Assembly (NCBI RefSeq): GCF_963921235.1
Contig: NC_086104.1
Location: 144,274,001-144,338,000 of the forward strand
Reading direction: 5' to 3'
From: Mobula hypostoma
Taxonomy: Eukaryota
Length of the DNA: 64,000 nt
In this document: positions 39,690 to 52,455 of the stretch, in pieces
Layout of the letters: each line of letters opens with the position of its first letter
Position numbering within the stretch: the first letter of the stretch is position 1
Position numbers and translations under genes: made by a program
The notes under the pieces: generated by a model
Database searches by the model: none
Told to the model about the DNA's origin: nothing
The model's input: only the letters and a program-made list of their open reading frames with translations

Positions 39690-40020
39690 AAATCTAATCT
39701 TGATATTTGTCTCCCTTGTGCACTGAGAGTGGGAAGGGGGCAGGGACAGAGGAATCATGGTTAGGAGAAGGGGGAGTGAGAGTGGAGGGAGCAGGAAGCA
39801 CCAGAAAAATACTCTATCAATAAGCCAGTAGTTTGGAATCAAGTGGCCTTGCCTGGTGTCTCAGGGCTGGGTGTGTGTGCACCTGCACCACCTCCCACCC
39901 CTGATACTCCTTCTGCCCCCTGTCCCACACTCCTCCCGGGGCACTCCACCCTCGATCTTCCCAGCATCTCTGCTCCTGCCAGGATTACAAACTCACTCTC
40001 CACTCCTCGTTGACAAATAC
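39690..40020. repeat. Unclassified interspersed repeat; reverse-complement copy at ~61900-62163
   Basis: GCCTTGCCTGGTGTCTCAGGG matches CCCTGAGACACCAGGCAAGG and the flanks are colinear. Confidence 0.7.
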
Positions 40021-40161
40021 AGTACTGTATAAAAGCTGTTAAGCACTCTTTGTCTATATATGTGAAGACTTTTGCACAGTAGTTTTTGTTTTGCTGCAAA
40101 CCTTGCTCTTGATGAACTATTCCTGTACAATTACTGAGCTGTTTTGCAATTCTGCCTGCAG

Positions 40162-40378
40162 ATATGCGACTGGTCGAACCACGGGTGTGGTGCTCGATGC
40201 TGGCGATGGTGTCACCCACGCTGTCCCAATCTATGAAGGCTTTGCCATGCCACATTCCATCATGAGGGTAGATGTGGCAGGCAGGGATGTGTCCCGCTAC
40301 CTGCGCCTACTGCTCCGGAAAGAAGGATATGACTTTCACACCACTGCAGAATTTGAGGTTGTTAAAACAATCAAAGAG
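40162..40378 (+). CDS. ACTR1B: ACTR1B exon 6 ([26 protein letters not shown]...[10 protein letters not shown])
   Basis: ctgcag acceptor, GTAGGT donor, 217 nt; RYLRLLL and AEFEVV match the B paralog. Confidence 0.95.
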
Positions 40379-40789
40379 GTAGGTGCTGGTTTTTTTTCAG
40401 TTTACCTTTGAAGGGCTGTACTGCATTGTTTATTTGACTAACTGCTGATATGACTGTGGTGGTGATGAGTCATATTGAATCATTGAAATCTATGTGGGAA
40501 GCTGTTGGGTTGCAAATTGCAATGACTGTGTTGCAACTATACTGTTTCTAACCTAACAGCATGAGCATTGAACTCTCCTATATCAGATAACCCGCTCCCT
40601 CTCTGAATCTTTTCTTTCTCTTCCTGATCTACCCCATTCCTTCTACAGCACCACCACTACCACCCTGCTTTTACCCCTTCATCCTCCTCCTCCTCCAACC
40701 ATCTGCTCATCACCTTCATTCTCCTTCCTCTGGATCTGCTCTCTCACTGTTCCCATTTGCCCACCTCACCTCCCTTACTGGACTCTCAA

Positions 40790-41760
40790 AAATGAGAAAC
40801 TGTGCAGATGCTGGAAATCCAAGCAACACACACACAAAATACTGGAGGAACTCTGCAGGCCAGGCAGCATCTATGGAAAAAAAGTACAGTCGATATTTCG
40901 GGCCAAAATCCTTCAGCAGGACTGGAGAAAAAAAAAGATGAGGAGTAGAGTTAAAAGTTGGGGGGGGGGGGAGAGAGAGGAATACAAGGTGATGGGGTGA
41001 TGGGTGAAACTGGGAGTGGGAGGGGTAAAGTAAAGAGGTGAGAAGTTCATTGGTGAAATGTATACAGGGCTGGAGACGGGGGAATCTAATAGGAAAGGAT
41101 AGAAGGCCATGGAAGAAAGAAAAGGGGGAGGAGCACCAGAGGGAGACGATGAGCAGGAAGGAGATCAGGTGAGAGAGGGAAAAGGGGATGGGGAATGGTA
41201 AAGCGGGGGGGGGGGGGGGTCCTTAACTGTAAGTTTGAGATATCGATGTTCATGCCATCAGGCTGGAAGCTACCTAGATAGAATATAAGGTGGTGTTTCT
41301 CCAACCTGAGTGTGGCCCCATCGTGACAGCAGAGGAGGCCATGGACAAACACTTTAGAATGTGAATTGGAATCAAAATGGGTGGCCACTGGGAGACCCAC
41401 CCCCCCCCAGCAGGTGCTCCGCGAAACGGAGGAGACCACACCGGGAACACAGGGCACAGTGTATGACTCACAGGTTTCCTCACCTGGAAGGATTGTTTGG
41501 GACCCTGAATGGTAGTGAGGGAGGAGGTGTGGGGCAAGTGCAGCAGCTCCCTTGCAAGGATAATTGTCAGGAGGGACACCAATGGGGAGGGACAAATGGA
41601 CGAGGGTGTCGCGTAGAAAGCAGAAAGCGGGGTGCCGGAGGGGGGGGAAGATGTGCTTGGTGGTAGGATGGCGGAAGTTGCGGAGAATTATGTGCTGGAC
41701 GTGGAGGGTGGTGGAGTGGTAGGTGAGAGGAACCCTATCCCTGGAGGAGGGGGTGAGAGC
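40790..41760 (-). mobile_element. Decayed Penelope-like element
   Basis: ORF 41086..41595 (LPVATHF...LRLEKHHLIFYLGSFQPDGMNIDISN); degenerate hammerhead at 40888-40923. Confidence 0.8.
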
Positions 41761-41939
41761 ATGTCTGACCCTCTGGGTTCCTGCAGCTCTTTGTTACTCT
41801 AGATTCCAGCATCTGTAGTCTCTCCTGTCTCCTGTGTTTTGAAGTTGGCTTCGTGTGTGTGTATGTGTTGGAGGAAATGGTGGTGCTTCCTTCTGCCAGT
41901 TTCTCATTGTCATTTATATTGTTTATTTATTGTTAATTG

Positions 41940-42205
41940 AGATACAGCGCAGAATAGGTGCTTTCAGCCCTTCCAATTGTGCTGCCCAGCAACCTCAGAT
42001 TTAATCCTCGCCAAATCATGGGACAATTTGCAATGACCAATTAATCTACCAACCGGTGCACCTTTGGACTGTGAGAGCAAACTGGAGTACCCAGAGGAAA
42101 CCCACGCGGTCATGGGGAGAAAGTACAAACTCCATACAGGCAGCAGAGCAAACTGAACCCAGGTCGCTGGTACTGTAAAGTGCGTTAACCACAACGCCAC
42201 CATAC
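41940..42205 (-). mobile_element. V-domain SINE (HE1-like); other copies at ~1725-2020(-), 2370-2660, 7050-7270(-), 14390-14700, 22450-22690, 27825-28770 (split), 54670-54920
   Basis: V-domain text GTTTG...TTCTCCCC.TGAC.GCGTGGGTTTCCTC.GGGT.CTCC.GTTT with a tRNA-like head. Confidence 0.75.
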
Positions 42206-43916
42206 CGCTGATGATAATCAGCTAATACTGATCGTGTCAAGATGGCACCAGCGATCAACATGACTAATGGCGACGTCCTGCAGACAGTTTACGAAACTAC
42301 TTCTACTACTTCTTCTTCTTCTTTTAAATATTATTAATCTGTGTGCAATTGGAGCCTGGTAATTCACATTTTGATAATGTGTTTTCAGTCTGACTGAGCA
42401 ATCTGGCACTTTCGCTGTCTCCAGGAGAATTCAGCGAAGTTGAGGACACGTGTGGCCTGATGGTGGAGTGTGAACCCACGATCGGCTCCATTTCTCGCCA
42501 ATTAGAGCATCAAGCAGGATAGAAGTTAATGGGGAAAAGAGCAGAAGTCGAGCGGGTGTTCAGCTGTCTGTCTTTGACTGGTCTCCCTCTTCCTCTTGTT
42601 TTCTGCTACCAGAGGAAGGTGCAGGAGTCTTGGGTCTTGGGCAAGGTTTGATCGGCGCAGTTTGTGGATTCCAGTCGTTTTTAAAGGACTCTGCAGTTCA
42701 TGTTATGTGTTTCTGGTTTTTAGGTACTTTTTTTATTGCTATTTGTGCCATTTTGATCTGGACAGACTGGCTCAACGAAGACACAGCGCTAAATTGAACT
42801 AAACTGAATATTCGTATACAGCTTCAAGATCTGACGTTCGATGTTTAATATTCTATGTTATTCACTTGTTTTTTGCCATTTGTGCGTTGGGTGTTTATGT
42901 TTTCTTTGAATGGGTTCCATGGTATTTCTTTGTTTCCTGGCAGAAAGACGAATCTCAGGTTTGTATACTTTGTTAATAAATATACTTTGAATCTTTGAAT
43001 CTCAATCCTGTACTAAAGGGGCCTTGCACTATCAGATGAAACCTAGACCCTACATCTGCACTCTTTGCAAAAATTCTTTTGCCTTTCCTCTGCAACACAC
43101 ATGATATATGGGTGGCCAGCTTCCGAATCCTGAGGCTCTTGTACCTTCTTCCTAATGGCAGAAGCAAGAAGAGAGCATTTCCTAGGTAGTGAGGGTCACT
43201 GATAATGGATGCTGCTTTCCTGCAGCAGCATTTCATGTAGATGTGCTCAACTGTGCTCTGTAGACCTGAAACCATTGTGGGAGCTAAGCTGATTGATTTT
43301 AATGTGTATTTACTCAAGGGAGCATGAGATGGCTTCTTGATGACACAGCTTGCAATGGCAAATCTCTCACCTGGGATTTGGATTATGCTGTCACTTCTTT
43401 TTATAGCTTTTTCTCTCTCTAGTTAATATAATTTAAGGCCTGCTGTCACGGCCTCTTGTACTAGATGGGAACCCAGCCACAAAGAGGCACAATTCTTCCT
43501 ACCGCTTTCTCAACCACTAACCACTCTTAGAAACTTGTAACAAAAAACTGCAGGTGCTGGATATCTGAAACACAAATGGAAAGTCTGGAAACGTTCGGGA
43601 GCTCAGGTGTGGAAAGAGAAACAAGAGTTTGAGCTGGGAAAGGAGCTTTTCCACTTAAGTTAGTTCTGTTTCCATAGATGATGAATATTTAGAGTCTTTC
43701 CTGATTTGATTTACAACCCCAATCCCCTACCCAACTCTATTTGCTACCCAATCTCTCCCTGTTCTATGGGCCTGAGCCTAAAGCAATTCTTCATGATATA
43801 AGTATGGTGGTTTTTAATTTTCCATGCTTATTTTTACTCTGCTGTGGTTGGCACAAACATAGATTTTCAAGCAATAAGGCTGGGACGGAATTTAAAGTAT
43901 GTTTCTTGCTTTACAG

Positions 43917-44009
43917 CGGGCCTGTTATCTATCTATAAACCCACAGAAGGATGAAACCCTGGAGACTGAGAAGGCGCAATACACTCTCCCCGATGGAAGC
44001 ACCTTAGAG
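43917..44009 (+). CDS. ACTR1B: ACTR1B exon 7 ([31 protein letters not shown])
   Basis: ttacag acceptor, GTAATG donor, 93 nt. Confidence 0.95.
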
Positions 44010-44563
44010 GTAATGTATTCCCTTGCATAATGGTTTTATTCTGGAGGTAAGCTTCATTAAACCAGTCGCACTGCAGTTGGAGGACTGAGATTCGTGTCGT
44101 CATCCTGTCTCTTGTGGGTACAGTTTCACGTTAGGATCTAATTCCACAGGCCCTGCCAACATTCTGACTTAATGTCCAAACCTGGACAGTAAATATTAGC
44201 AGGAAGGCACCATTACCACTGCCTGCCTTGTTCCAGGCGGGCACTGCATGCATAGGATTATGATCAGCTTTGAATACTCTAATTGATTTTAGCTTTTCCT
44301 TTCAGAGCTCAGGATTGCCAGCCAGATTTAGATTTTATTATTCGGCTCAGTAAGCAATAGATCCTGTGACCTGTCATGGTCTACTTGCCTTGTCAACACA
44401 CAAGATGATGTGCCTTTTGATAAAACTTTGCCTAGGGATGTTTCAAGAATTATTAACTGTTTGATCCAGTGACATATTTAGTGCTGCTAATTTACAAGAA
44501 AACTTGTGTAAATTGGGCTATTTACTCATTGTATCTGATGATTTGTTTATTGGTTATCTACAG

Positions 44564-44738
44564 GTGGGACCAGCTCGATTCCGAGCCCCTGAGTTGCTTT
44601 TCAAACCTGACCTGAAAGGAGATGAAAGTGAGGGAATCCATGAGGTGCTGACCTTCGCCATTCAGAAGTCAGACATGGACCTCCGCAGGACATTATTTTG
44701 CAATATTGTACTCTCGGGGGGTTCCACCCTGTTTAAAG
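44564..44738 (+). CDS. ACTR1B: ACTR1B exon 8 ([24 protein letters not shown]...[12 protein letters not shown])
   Basis: ctacag acceptor, GTAGC donor, 175 nt. Confidence 0.95.
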
Positions 44739-44861
44739 GTAGCTGCAAGATGCCCAGTAGCAAGTAACTTGTCATTATCATTGCTGGCTTTGTGAAGTTC
44801 CTTTCAAGCAATGGTAGTATAGTGGTTATGGATTAAAGCAACACATTTTAAATTGCGGGAG

Positions 44862-45050
44862 GGAGTCAGCAAGCTAGGCAGCTCTATGGTGAGCAATAAA
44901 CAGTTGATGTTTCAGGCCAAGACCCTTCATTAGCTTCAGCCCAAAACATCCACTGTTTACTCCCTTCCAGAGATGCTGCCTGACTTGCTGAGTTCCTCAG
45001 CATTTTGTGCGTGTTGCTCAAAATTTCCAGTGTCTGCAGAACCTCTTGTA
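44862..45050. mobile_element. Older palindromic Penelope-derived mini-element
   Basis: Inverted terminal-repeat halves centred near 44930; degenerate hammerhead (CTAATGA); no clear TSD. Confidence 0.65.
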
Positions 45051-45888
45051 TTTTTGGATTATAGTAGCTTTGAAGAGAGAAATGCCTAAAAAACTTGGAA
45101 AAAATTTGCAGGGTCATTTGGAGTAGGGAGAGAGGAGAGAGAAGCAAAAAGTGAAGGGCAATTTGGATTGCTTTCTTCAAGGGTGCCTGACAGGCACCTT
45201 TTTAGTACTGTACCCTTCGAGTGTTAACTGCTGCTCTTAGGAGTGCAGTAGCCTTTTGTTCCTAATGGGGACGTTACGGAGTAAGCATTATTCGGTTTCG
45301 CAGGGGCTAGAGAGAGTGTAAAACTCATCAGAATTCTGTACTTCAATTACAATCTTGAAAGAGCATCCAAAAATGAAATCAATAGGGAACATTTCAGCAA
45401 AACAGTGGATTGGTGCTTGTGTGTTGAAGTAGCACCCATAATGCCTCGCCGGTAATGGTTGTTGAAATTTTTTATCACGAGGCGTGGACTGATCTGATTT
45501 TCTACAAAGTGCCTATTGTACAAGCCTGGAGACTTCAAACATGGAACAGACGTGACTACAAGCAGACTCTGCATGTGTTGAGTTCATTGAGCCAGATATC
45601 ATTAGCTTTTTTTGATCCAGAAAGTTTCCATTAATTCAGAAAAAATACTGCACTGATTCTTAACGTTCTTGAATTCCCAAAGTCACACTGAATCCACTGA
45701 TGGAGTGTAATTCTTACCTTTCTTCTTTCTTTGCCCTCGCCCTCTTTCCCCCCTCTTTTACCTTGATGTACTTATGTACTGAACGATCTGTATCTTGGTG
45801 CATGTGACAGTAAACCAATTACCGCACCTATGCCACCTGTAGGACAGTCCTAAAATGTCCCAGCACATCGGGTGTGGCCGAGGAGACA

Positions 45889-45970
45889 GAAGACATGGCT
45901 GAATAGTTGAGGCGATTGACTAGAAATCTGTTGGGGTTTGCCTGTGCAGGTTCGAGCCCTGCCAGCTAAG
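45889..45970 (+). pseudogene. tRNA-Ser(AGA) pseudogene in ACTR1B intron 8
   Basis: 82 nt colinear with vertebrate tRNA-Ser-AGA (GACTAGAAATC anticodon arm, long variable arm, GGTTCGA T-loop); acceptor, D and anticodon stems are disrupted, with several CpG-type transitions. Confidence 0.8.
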
Positions 45971-46322
45971 GGAGCAGCAGATCTGCCAGAGTAAAAAGTG
46001 TGTGTTTTAGAAGAGAGAACAGGTTAATATTTTCAGTAAATAACCTTTCCACAAACTTGGAAAACTTACGAGAGTCATAAGTATTCTGCTGGCATTCATA
46101 AGTTTGAAAGAATTTGGGTGATTAGAGTCAGGAACTGTATTGGAAATGTTCGAAACAAATCATATGATACGTTCCTGGGAAGCCAGATCAGCACACTGCA
46201 AAGAAAGTAATCAGAGGGGAGTGTTAAGGGTGGGAGGGAATATGTGAAGCATAAATGTTGGGTAGGTCTGCTTGATCAAAGATACAATTCTATCCTGTGC
46301 ACACTACGTAATTTTGTACTAA

Positions 46323-46412
<90 letters not shown>

Positions 46413-46497
46413 TGAGCAAAGCTTTTAATTTCTTTCTGTAACAATCAGGTGTTAGAGTTGTAATGTGCAGCAGCTGTTGATATATTTTCTTTTGCAG

Positions 46498-46538
46498 ATC
46501 TCTGCACCACAAGAGAGGCTATACTCCACGTGGATAGG
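46498..46538 (+). CDS. ACTR1B: ACTR1B exon 10 (ISAPQERLYSTWIG)
   Basis: tttgcag acceptor, GTAAGT donor, 41 nt; preceded by an 88-nt intron. Confidence 0.95.
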
Positions 46539-47844
46539 GTAAGTGTCAAAATCCGGTTTAATAACACAGGCATGTCGTGAACTTTGTTAACTTTGTGGCA
46601 GCAGTACAATGCAAGACGTAATAATAAGGTAAAATTAACTGTAAATTACAGTAAGTATATAAATGTATATTAAATAGTTAAATTAAAATAGGTGGTGCAA
46701 AAACAGAAATTTAAAAAAAAAGTAGTGAGGTAGTGTTCACGTGTTCAATGTCAATTTAGAAATCGGATGGCAGAGGAGAAGAAGCTGTTCCTGAATCATT
46801 GGGTATGTGCCTTCAGGCACCTGTATCTCCTTCCTGATGGTAACAGTAACAGCAGGGTATGTCCTGGGTGGTGGGGGTCCACTTTTCTGAGGCACCACTC
46901 CTTGAAGATGTGCTAGTACTCGTAATGGAGCTCACTGAGTTTACCACTCTCGTCAGTTTACTTTGATCCTGTGTAGTAGCGCACCGCCCCCCCGCCACCT
47001 CACCATCCAGACCGTGATGCAGCTAGTCAGAATGCTCTCCACAGTACATCTGTAGAAGCTTTCAAGTGTTTTAACAATTTTGAATAATACTGACAATTGG
47101 CACGCATATAAGCTCAATCATCGTTACTGTTTTTTGTTTTGATTTTTGTGGATTTGATGTGCTAATGTCTTTCAAAGTCTGCCCAGTTCAGGTCAGATAC
47201 AGGTTTGTGTTTCTTTTATTCTGTCCCGTTTCATATTCCTGGGATAGGTACAGTCTGGGTTAAGTATACTGTATATTAAGTACATTGTTCATCAGTACAA
47301 GACCACCAGTTGTACAAAAATAAAGTGAGTATGGATTGGGTACAAGTAAAAGTTCTAGAACTCTTACCTCCCTCCATTCAAAAAAAGCTTAACCTCTATG
47401 TCTCAGCACGCTCAGAACCTAGTGTGATTTTTCTTTCACATTCATTCAAGGGACATGGGCTTCACAGACTGAGACGGCATTTATTTCCCCATCCCTATTT
47501 GCCCTATGAGAAGGTGGTGGGTGACCTTTCTTCTTGAACCGCTAAGGAGCTTGTACAGTCTCCTTTGACTGTGTGGTTCCCTCCCACTATCCAAAGATGT
47601 ACCAGTTGGCAGATAAATTGGTCATTGTAAATTGTCCCGTGATTAGGCTAGGGTTAAACTGGGGGTATGTGGGCATACCCACAGTGCTGATAGGGAGAGA
47701 GTCCCAAGATTTTAACCCAATGATGGTGGAGGAGCGGCAATATATTTCCAAGTAGCTTAGAAGGCAGTTTCCAAGTAGTAGTGTTACCCTTGTCCCTTCT
47801 AGCTAGTAGAGGTTGTGAGGGACACTGTATCATTTCTGCAGAGG

Positions 47845-48295
47845 AGATTAGCCTGGATTAGAGAGCATGTTTTATGAAGATGAGTTGAGTGAGCTAGGGC
47901 TATTCTGTTTGGAGCGAAGGAGGATGAGAGGTGAGTTGATAAAGGTGTACAAGATGATAAGAGACGTAGATAGTCTCTTGCAGACCACTCTTTTTCACAG
48001 GATGGAAATGGCTAATGTGAGGGGGCATAATTTTAAGGTGGTTGGAAAGAAGTGTACAGCGGATGCCAGAGGTAGTTTTCTTTACCTATGATGTGGGTGA
48101 GTGGAACATGCTGCCAGGGGTCATGATAGAAATAGATGCACTAGGGATATTTAAGAGATTTCTGGATAGGCAGAGGGATGAAAGAAAATAGAGGGGTAAG
48201 GGTGATGGAAGAGTTAGATTGATCTCAGAATAAATTAAAAGGTTGGCACAACATTGTGGGCTGAAGGGCCTGTACCATGCTGTCATGTTCTATCT
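47845..48295 (+). mobile_element. CR1 3' fragment; other decayed copies at ~14740-16000, 33230-33890, 51560-51975, 53020-53450(-), 54010-54330(-), 63310-63700(-)
   Basis: LSELGLFCLERRRMRGELIKVYK motif and CR1 tail. Confidence 0.75.
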
Positions 48296-48738
48296 TCTGT
48301 TATGATGAATTAACTGGTCTTTGATTCCTGTTGTTACCCCAGCTGAGGTAAATCTTGTTTCCCTCCCTCAAGTTCTTGCACAGCATCAACTGAAAGATGC
48401 CGTCTGTCATTCCAGTCAGACCCAAATTTCCTCCCACAAACGCTGCTCGACCCACCGCGTTCCTCCAGCAGAATGCCGATGCTGGGGTCTGGAGCAGCAA
48501 ACTGTCTCTTGTGTCGCTGAAACTGGTATTTTGTTCTGTACATGTACATTACCAGCAGCTTTACTGCTATTTGCGTTTAGTTGTTATCCCTCGGTGCCCC
48601 TATCCATTGTGAATAACAAAGACTAAGTGTGTAGCAATTCCAGTTCTGGCTCTGAACCAGAAGGTTTCATAAATAGACAATTGAACCTGGCAGCGCTCCG
48701 ATCCTCCCTGCATGCCAGACTGTGTTTTTACCTATTGA

Positions 48739-48900
<162 letters not shown>

Positions 48901-51380
48901 TATTGTTGGAAGTTGGCGTGCTGCTTTGTAAGCCTCGACCTGTGTGTATCACATAACCATGCAGAATTAATAATGGACAAGTAAAATGTGTATTTTTATG
49001 TATAAAAGAGGGTTTGGATGCCACTTTTCAAACGTTCTACCCCTATCAAGATTTGTGTATATTGGATTATACATTCTGATTTCAGTACTGTGGGGGTGAT
49101 CAATGTCTGCTGGTTGGTTTAGACATTGCTGTTTACAAAGGAAGATAGCTGCACTCGTTCAAAGAAGAAAATAATGTAATTTAAGGTGTTTGACCACGCT
49201 TCTGCTTCCCTAATCCCACGTCTCCCACCCTCGCCTCATTCCTACTTTATAAATTCATAGGAAATGGGAGTTGCTTGTTGCAGTGAAGGTCATCATATCA
49301 CGTTGGTTGGAACAGCAAGCAGAAGAATGAAAGCTGCTGGAACCAGACTTTTGTGGTGAGTGTTCACATCTACAGAGTGGACTCGATGCATCACGGTTCC
49401 TTAACCTGCATAGTAACTAGCCCTGCAATGTTAGCTACTGTGAGTAGCAAATGGTTAAACTGTCAAGCACAGTAACTAGCACTTTACTTCCAGTGGTTGG
49501 GTAGTGAGGAGGTATCTGCATGAGAATCACATATTAGCAGCATTTTAGTCTTGCACTGAACATAACTGATGAAAGTGTACATGATAATTGGTGATAACTA
49601 TATCTGTCTTCAAGTTAAAGTTAGTGGGTTAATATTTTCCTCTCTTCCCACCCCCTTCCCCACTTACTCCCTTCAAAATGTACAGAATTATTCTGCATTT
49701 TATTACAACTGTTATATCCACCGTTAATTCTGAAGAAACATGTTTCCTTTTGGGGCATTTTAAAATTGAATCTGCACCTCACCTGCACGTCATGCTACTT
49801 TTCAATGTAGTTTGTATCTAATTTCAGCTAGTCCAGCACAGTTCTGTGAATTGTGTGATGGAGCTGCTCGGAATGAAATGCTGCTCTGAGTTCAGTTCTG
49901 CAATTTAACTTGAAGTTGGAGGTGTCTGGAGTTAAGTTGAGGAATTGGTTTACAGACCTCTCGTAAAGCTTTGCCCTGTGTACTTGGGTGTGATTTGGAA
50001 TGTGCTTCAATCCTTTTCCCCTTTACTTGTTAATGACCAATTGCAGTTGATACTTGGTGATGGCCTGATTGGAAGAGTAGTCTCACCCGTGTGTTACAAA
50101 CCACATACTGCACTTGATTACCTTGGTGAAGTATCTCAAGCCATTTCCAAAAGAGTTGGTGTGCTAACTAAATATTAGTACAAACTGATTAATAATGAAC
50201 CAATCTGTGTTTCGATCACACTTTGCAAAGCCCAGAATTTGGTTGTAACCCATCAAGCTGCCTCTCTTAACAAGGTTTTTTATTATTTGGGTGAAAATTG
50301 TCTTTTGAAGGTAAATTTAATTGTTTCTGTACTTTGGGCTTTTCTACCAAACCTGGATGGATTATGGGTGCTGACACTTGAGTCCCCTGTCATGTGGCTA
50401 AGCTGCCATGAGAGTGTGAGATGTTCTGACACTGCAATAAGAGTACAAGAGGCATTGCCTTACTCATGAGACCTGATTGCTATATTTTGCATCAGTTTGA
50501 TTCTAAAGATGAAGGTTTAGAATCAAAAAAAAGCTCCATCACATTCTCTGTGTCCCTCAATTCAGCCATGAATTGTTTTCCTCATTTGCACAATTGAACA
50601 TAAAGTATCTTTAGTTTTGACAAATTGGGAGAGTGCCTTTGAAGGCTAATCACTTTTATTAATGAGTTTACACATCCTTCACCAGTGTAACAGACACCAT
50701 TAACAAAATTCTCTGTGTAACTATAAGCCTCTGCTCTGTGAGTGATGTGGCTTACATCTGTTGTCGATACCCTTGTTGATTTTTGGCAGGGGCATGAGAT
50801 ATTGATGATTCATTTCTACTTGTTGAGCCTTTTGATGACTTGGCAAACAATTGGCCATCAGTGTATGGGATAGGAAACTGGTGACCTCTACTACTAGGGA
50901 CTACTAGGATTTGGCATCTTTGCTATGTTCCCTTTATACATGGCTAATCCTATTTTGACAAGTTAGAGTGAAAGCTAGGTGACCCAATTTCCAGCCAGGT
51001 TTAAAATGGGCTTGACAAAAAGGCGCATCGAAGGGTGAAGTTTAGACAGTGGGTCTTGTGACTCCTTTTGAACCAGAGAACAGAATTGGACTTGCTGCAA
51101 TCCGTTTTGGAAAATCTAATGATTTGTCTAAGTATCCAGATCATGAATGATGCACAGCCTCTGAAAATGCTCTCAGCATGAATTTAGATACGTATGAGGT
51201 AGCACTGCAGGCTGCCTTGAATTAATTAAGGAATGATTTCTTTCTTAGAGAAATCTGGTTGATGCAATTTTGACTCCATGTTCCAGACATTTCAGAACTT
51301 TGGTACTAGAGTGCCTTTAACCTTGTACAGAGGGTGGGAAATGCGGGATTAAAATTGGCACTGGTAGAGTTTACCTCAAA

Positions 51381-51450
51381 TGTATTTAAAAAAAAAATAA
51401 AAACACTTAAATGAGACCAACATGTCTATTTGCTCTCTTTGGGTATGTTC
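51381..51450 (+). terminator. Probable ACTR1B polyadenylation signal, implying a ~2.5 kb 3' UTR
   Basis: TGTA at 51381, AATAAA at 51396-51401, U/GU-rich tract from ~51422; first AATAAA I noticed after the stop codon; repeats resume at ~51560. Confidence 0.55.
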
Positions 51451-52284
51451 CACAGAATATTACTTTGTCGCATCACATTTGAATTAAAACAGGAGCATGA
51501 TCTGTGGGTTTAATACATGATGACACCACGTTCTAATTGTGAGCATTCTGTTCAGAAGGAAAGATTAGATAGATTAGGACTTTATTCCTTGGAGTTAAGA
51601 TTGAGATATTTGATAGAGGTATACAAAATTATGAGGGGTACAGATAGGTAAACGCAAGCAGGATTTTGCCACTGAAGTTGGGTGAGAAGACAACCAGAGG
51701 TCATGGGTTAAGGGTGAAAGGTGAAAAGTTTTAAGGGTACATGAGGGGAAACTTCTTCATGCAGAGGATTATGGGAGTGTCGAATGAGCTGCCAGCACAA
51801 ATGGTGCATGCAAGCTTTATTTCAGTGTTTTAAGAGAAGTTTGGATAGGTACATGGATGGTATGGATATAAAGGGCTATGGTCCCGGTGCAGGTTGATGG
51901 AAGTAGGCAGTTTAAATGGTTCAGCACAGACTAGATGGACCGAATGGCCTGTTTCTGTGCTGTACTTTTCTATGAGTCTAAGGACACAGATTCAGGCATC
52001 TACTCAGAAAGTTCTTGGTTTGTTGCAGCACTGAAATGATGCAAATTCATATCTATCTTTTGATAGAATATGAATTTTGCTGGCGATACCAGCATTTATT
52101 GTTCATCCCTTAATGTCCTTAATTAGGGAGGCAGTTATGAGTCAACCACAATGATGAGTCAATGGATAAAAATAGGCCAGAAGGCCAGATGAGGTAAAGA
52201 CAGAAGGTTTTAATCCCTGAAGGAAATTACTGAACCAGAAGGGTTTTTACAGCAATCCCAGTTTACCAGCACTGAGTAACACTT

Positions 52285-52455
52285 TCAAAATGCTAGAGAA
52301 ATTTAACAGGTCAGGCAGCATTTATGTAGACCATTTCAGCCTGAAACATCAACTGTTTATTCCTTTCTATAGATGCTGCCTGACCTGCTGAGTTCCTCCT
52401 GCTTTTATTTCTGTGTTGCATTGGGTTTCCATCATCTGCAGAATCTGTTGTGTTT
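52285..52455. mobile_element. Older palindromic Penelope-derived mini-element
   Basis: CAGGTCAGGCAGCAT ... ATGCTGCCTGACCTG inverted arms. Confidence 0.6.

Noticed and set aside
39064-39842. Long ORFs spanning the gap
   Set aside because: Artefacts of translating N.
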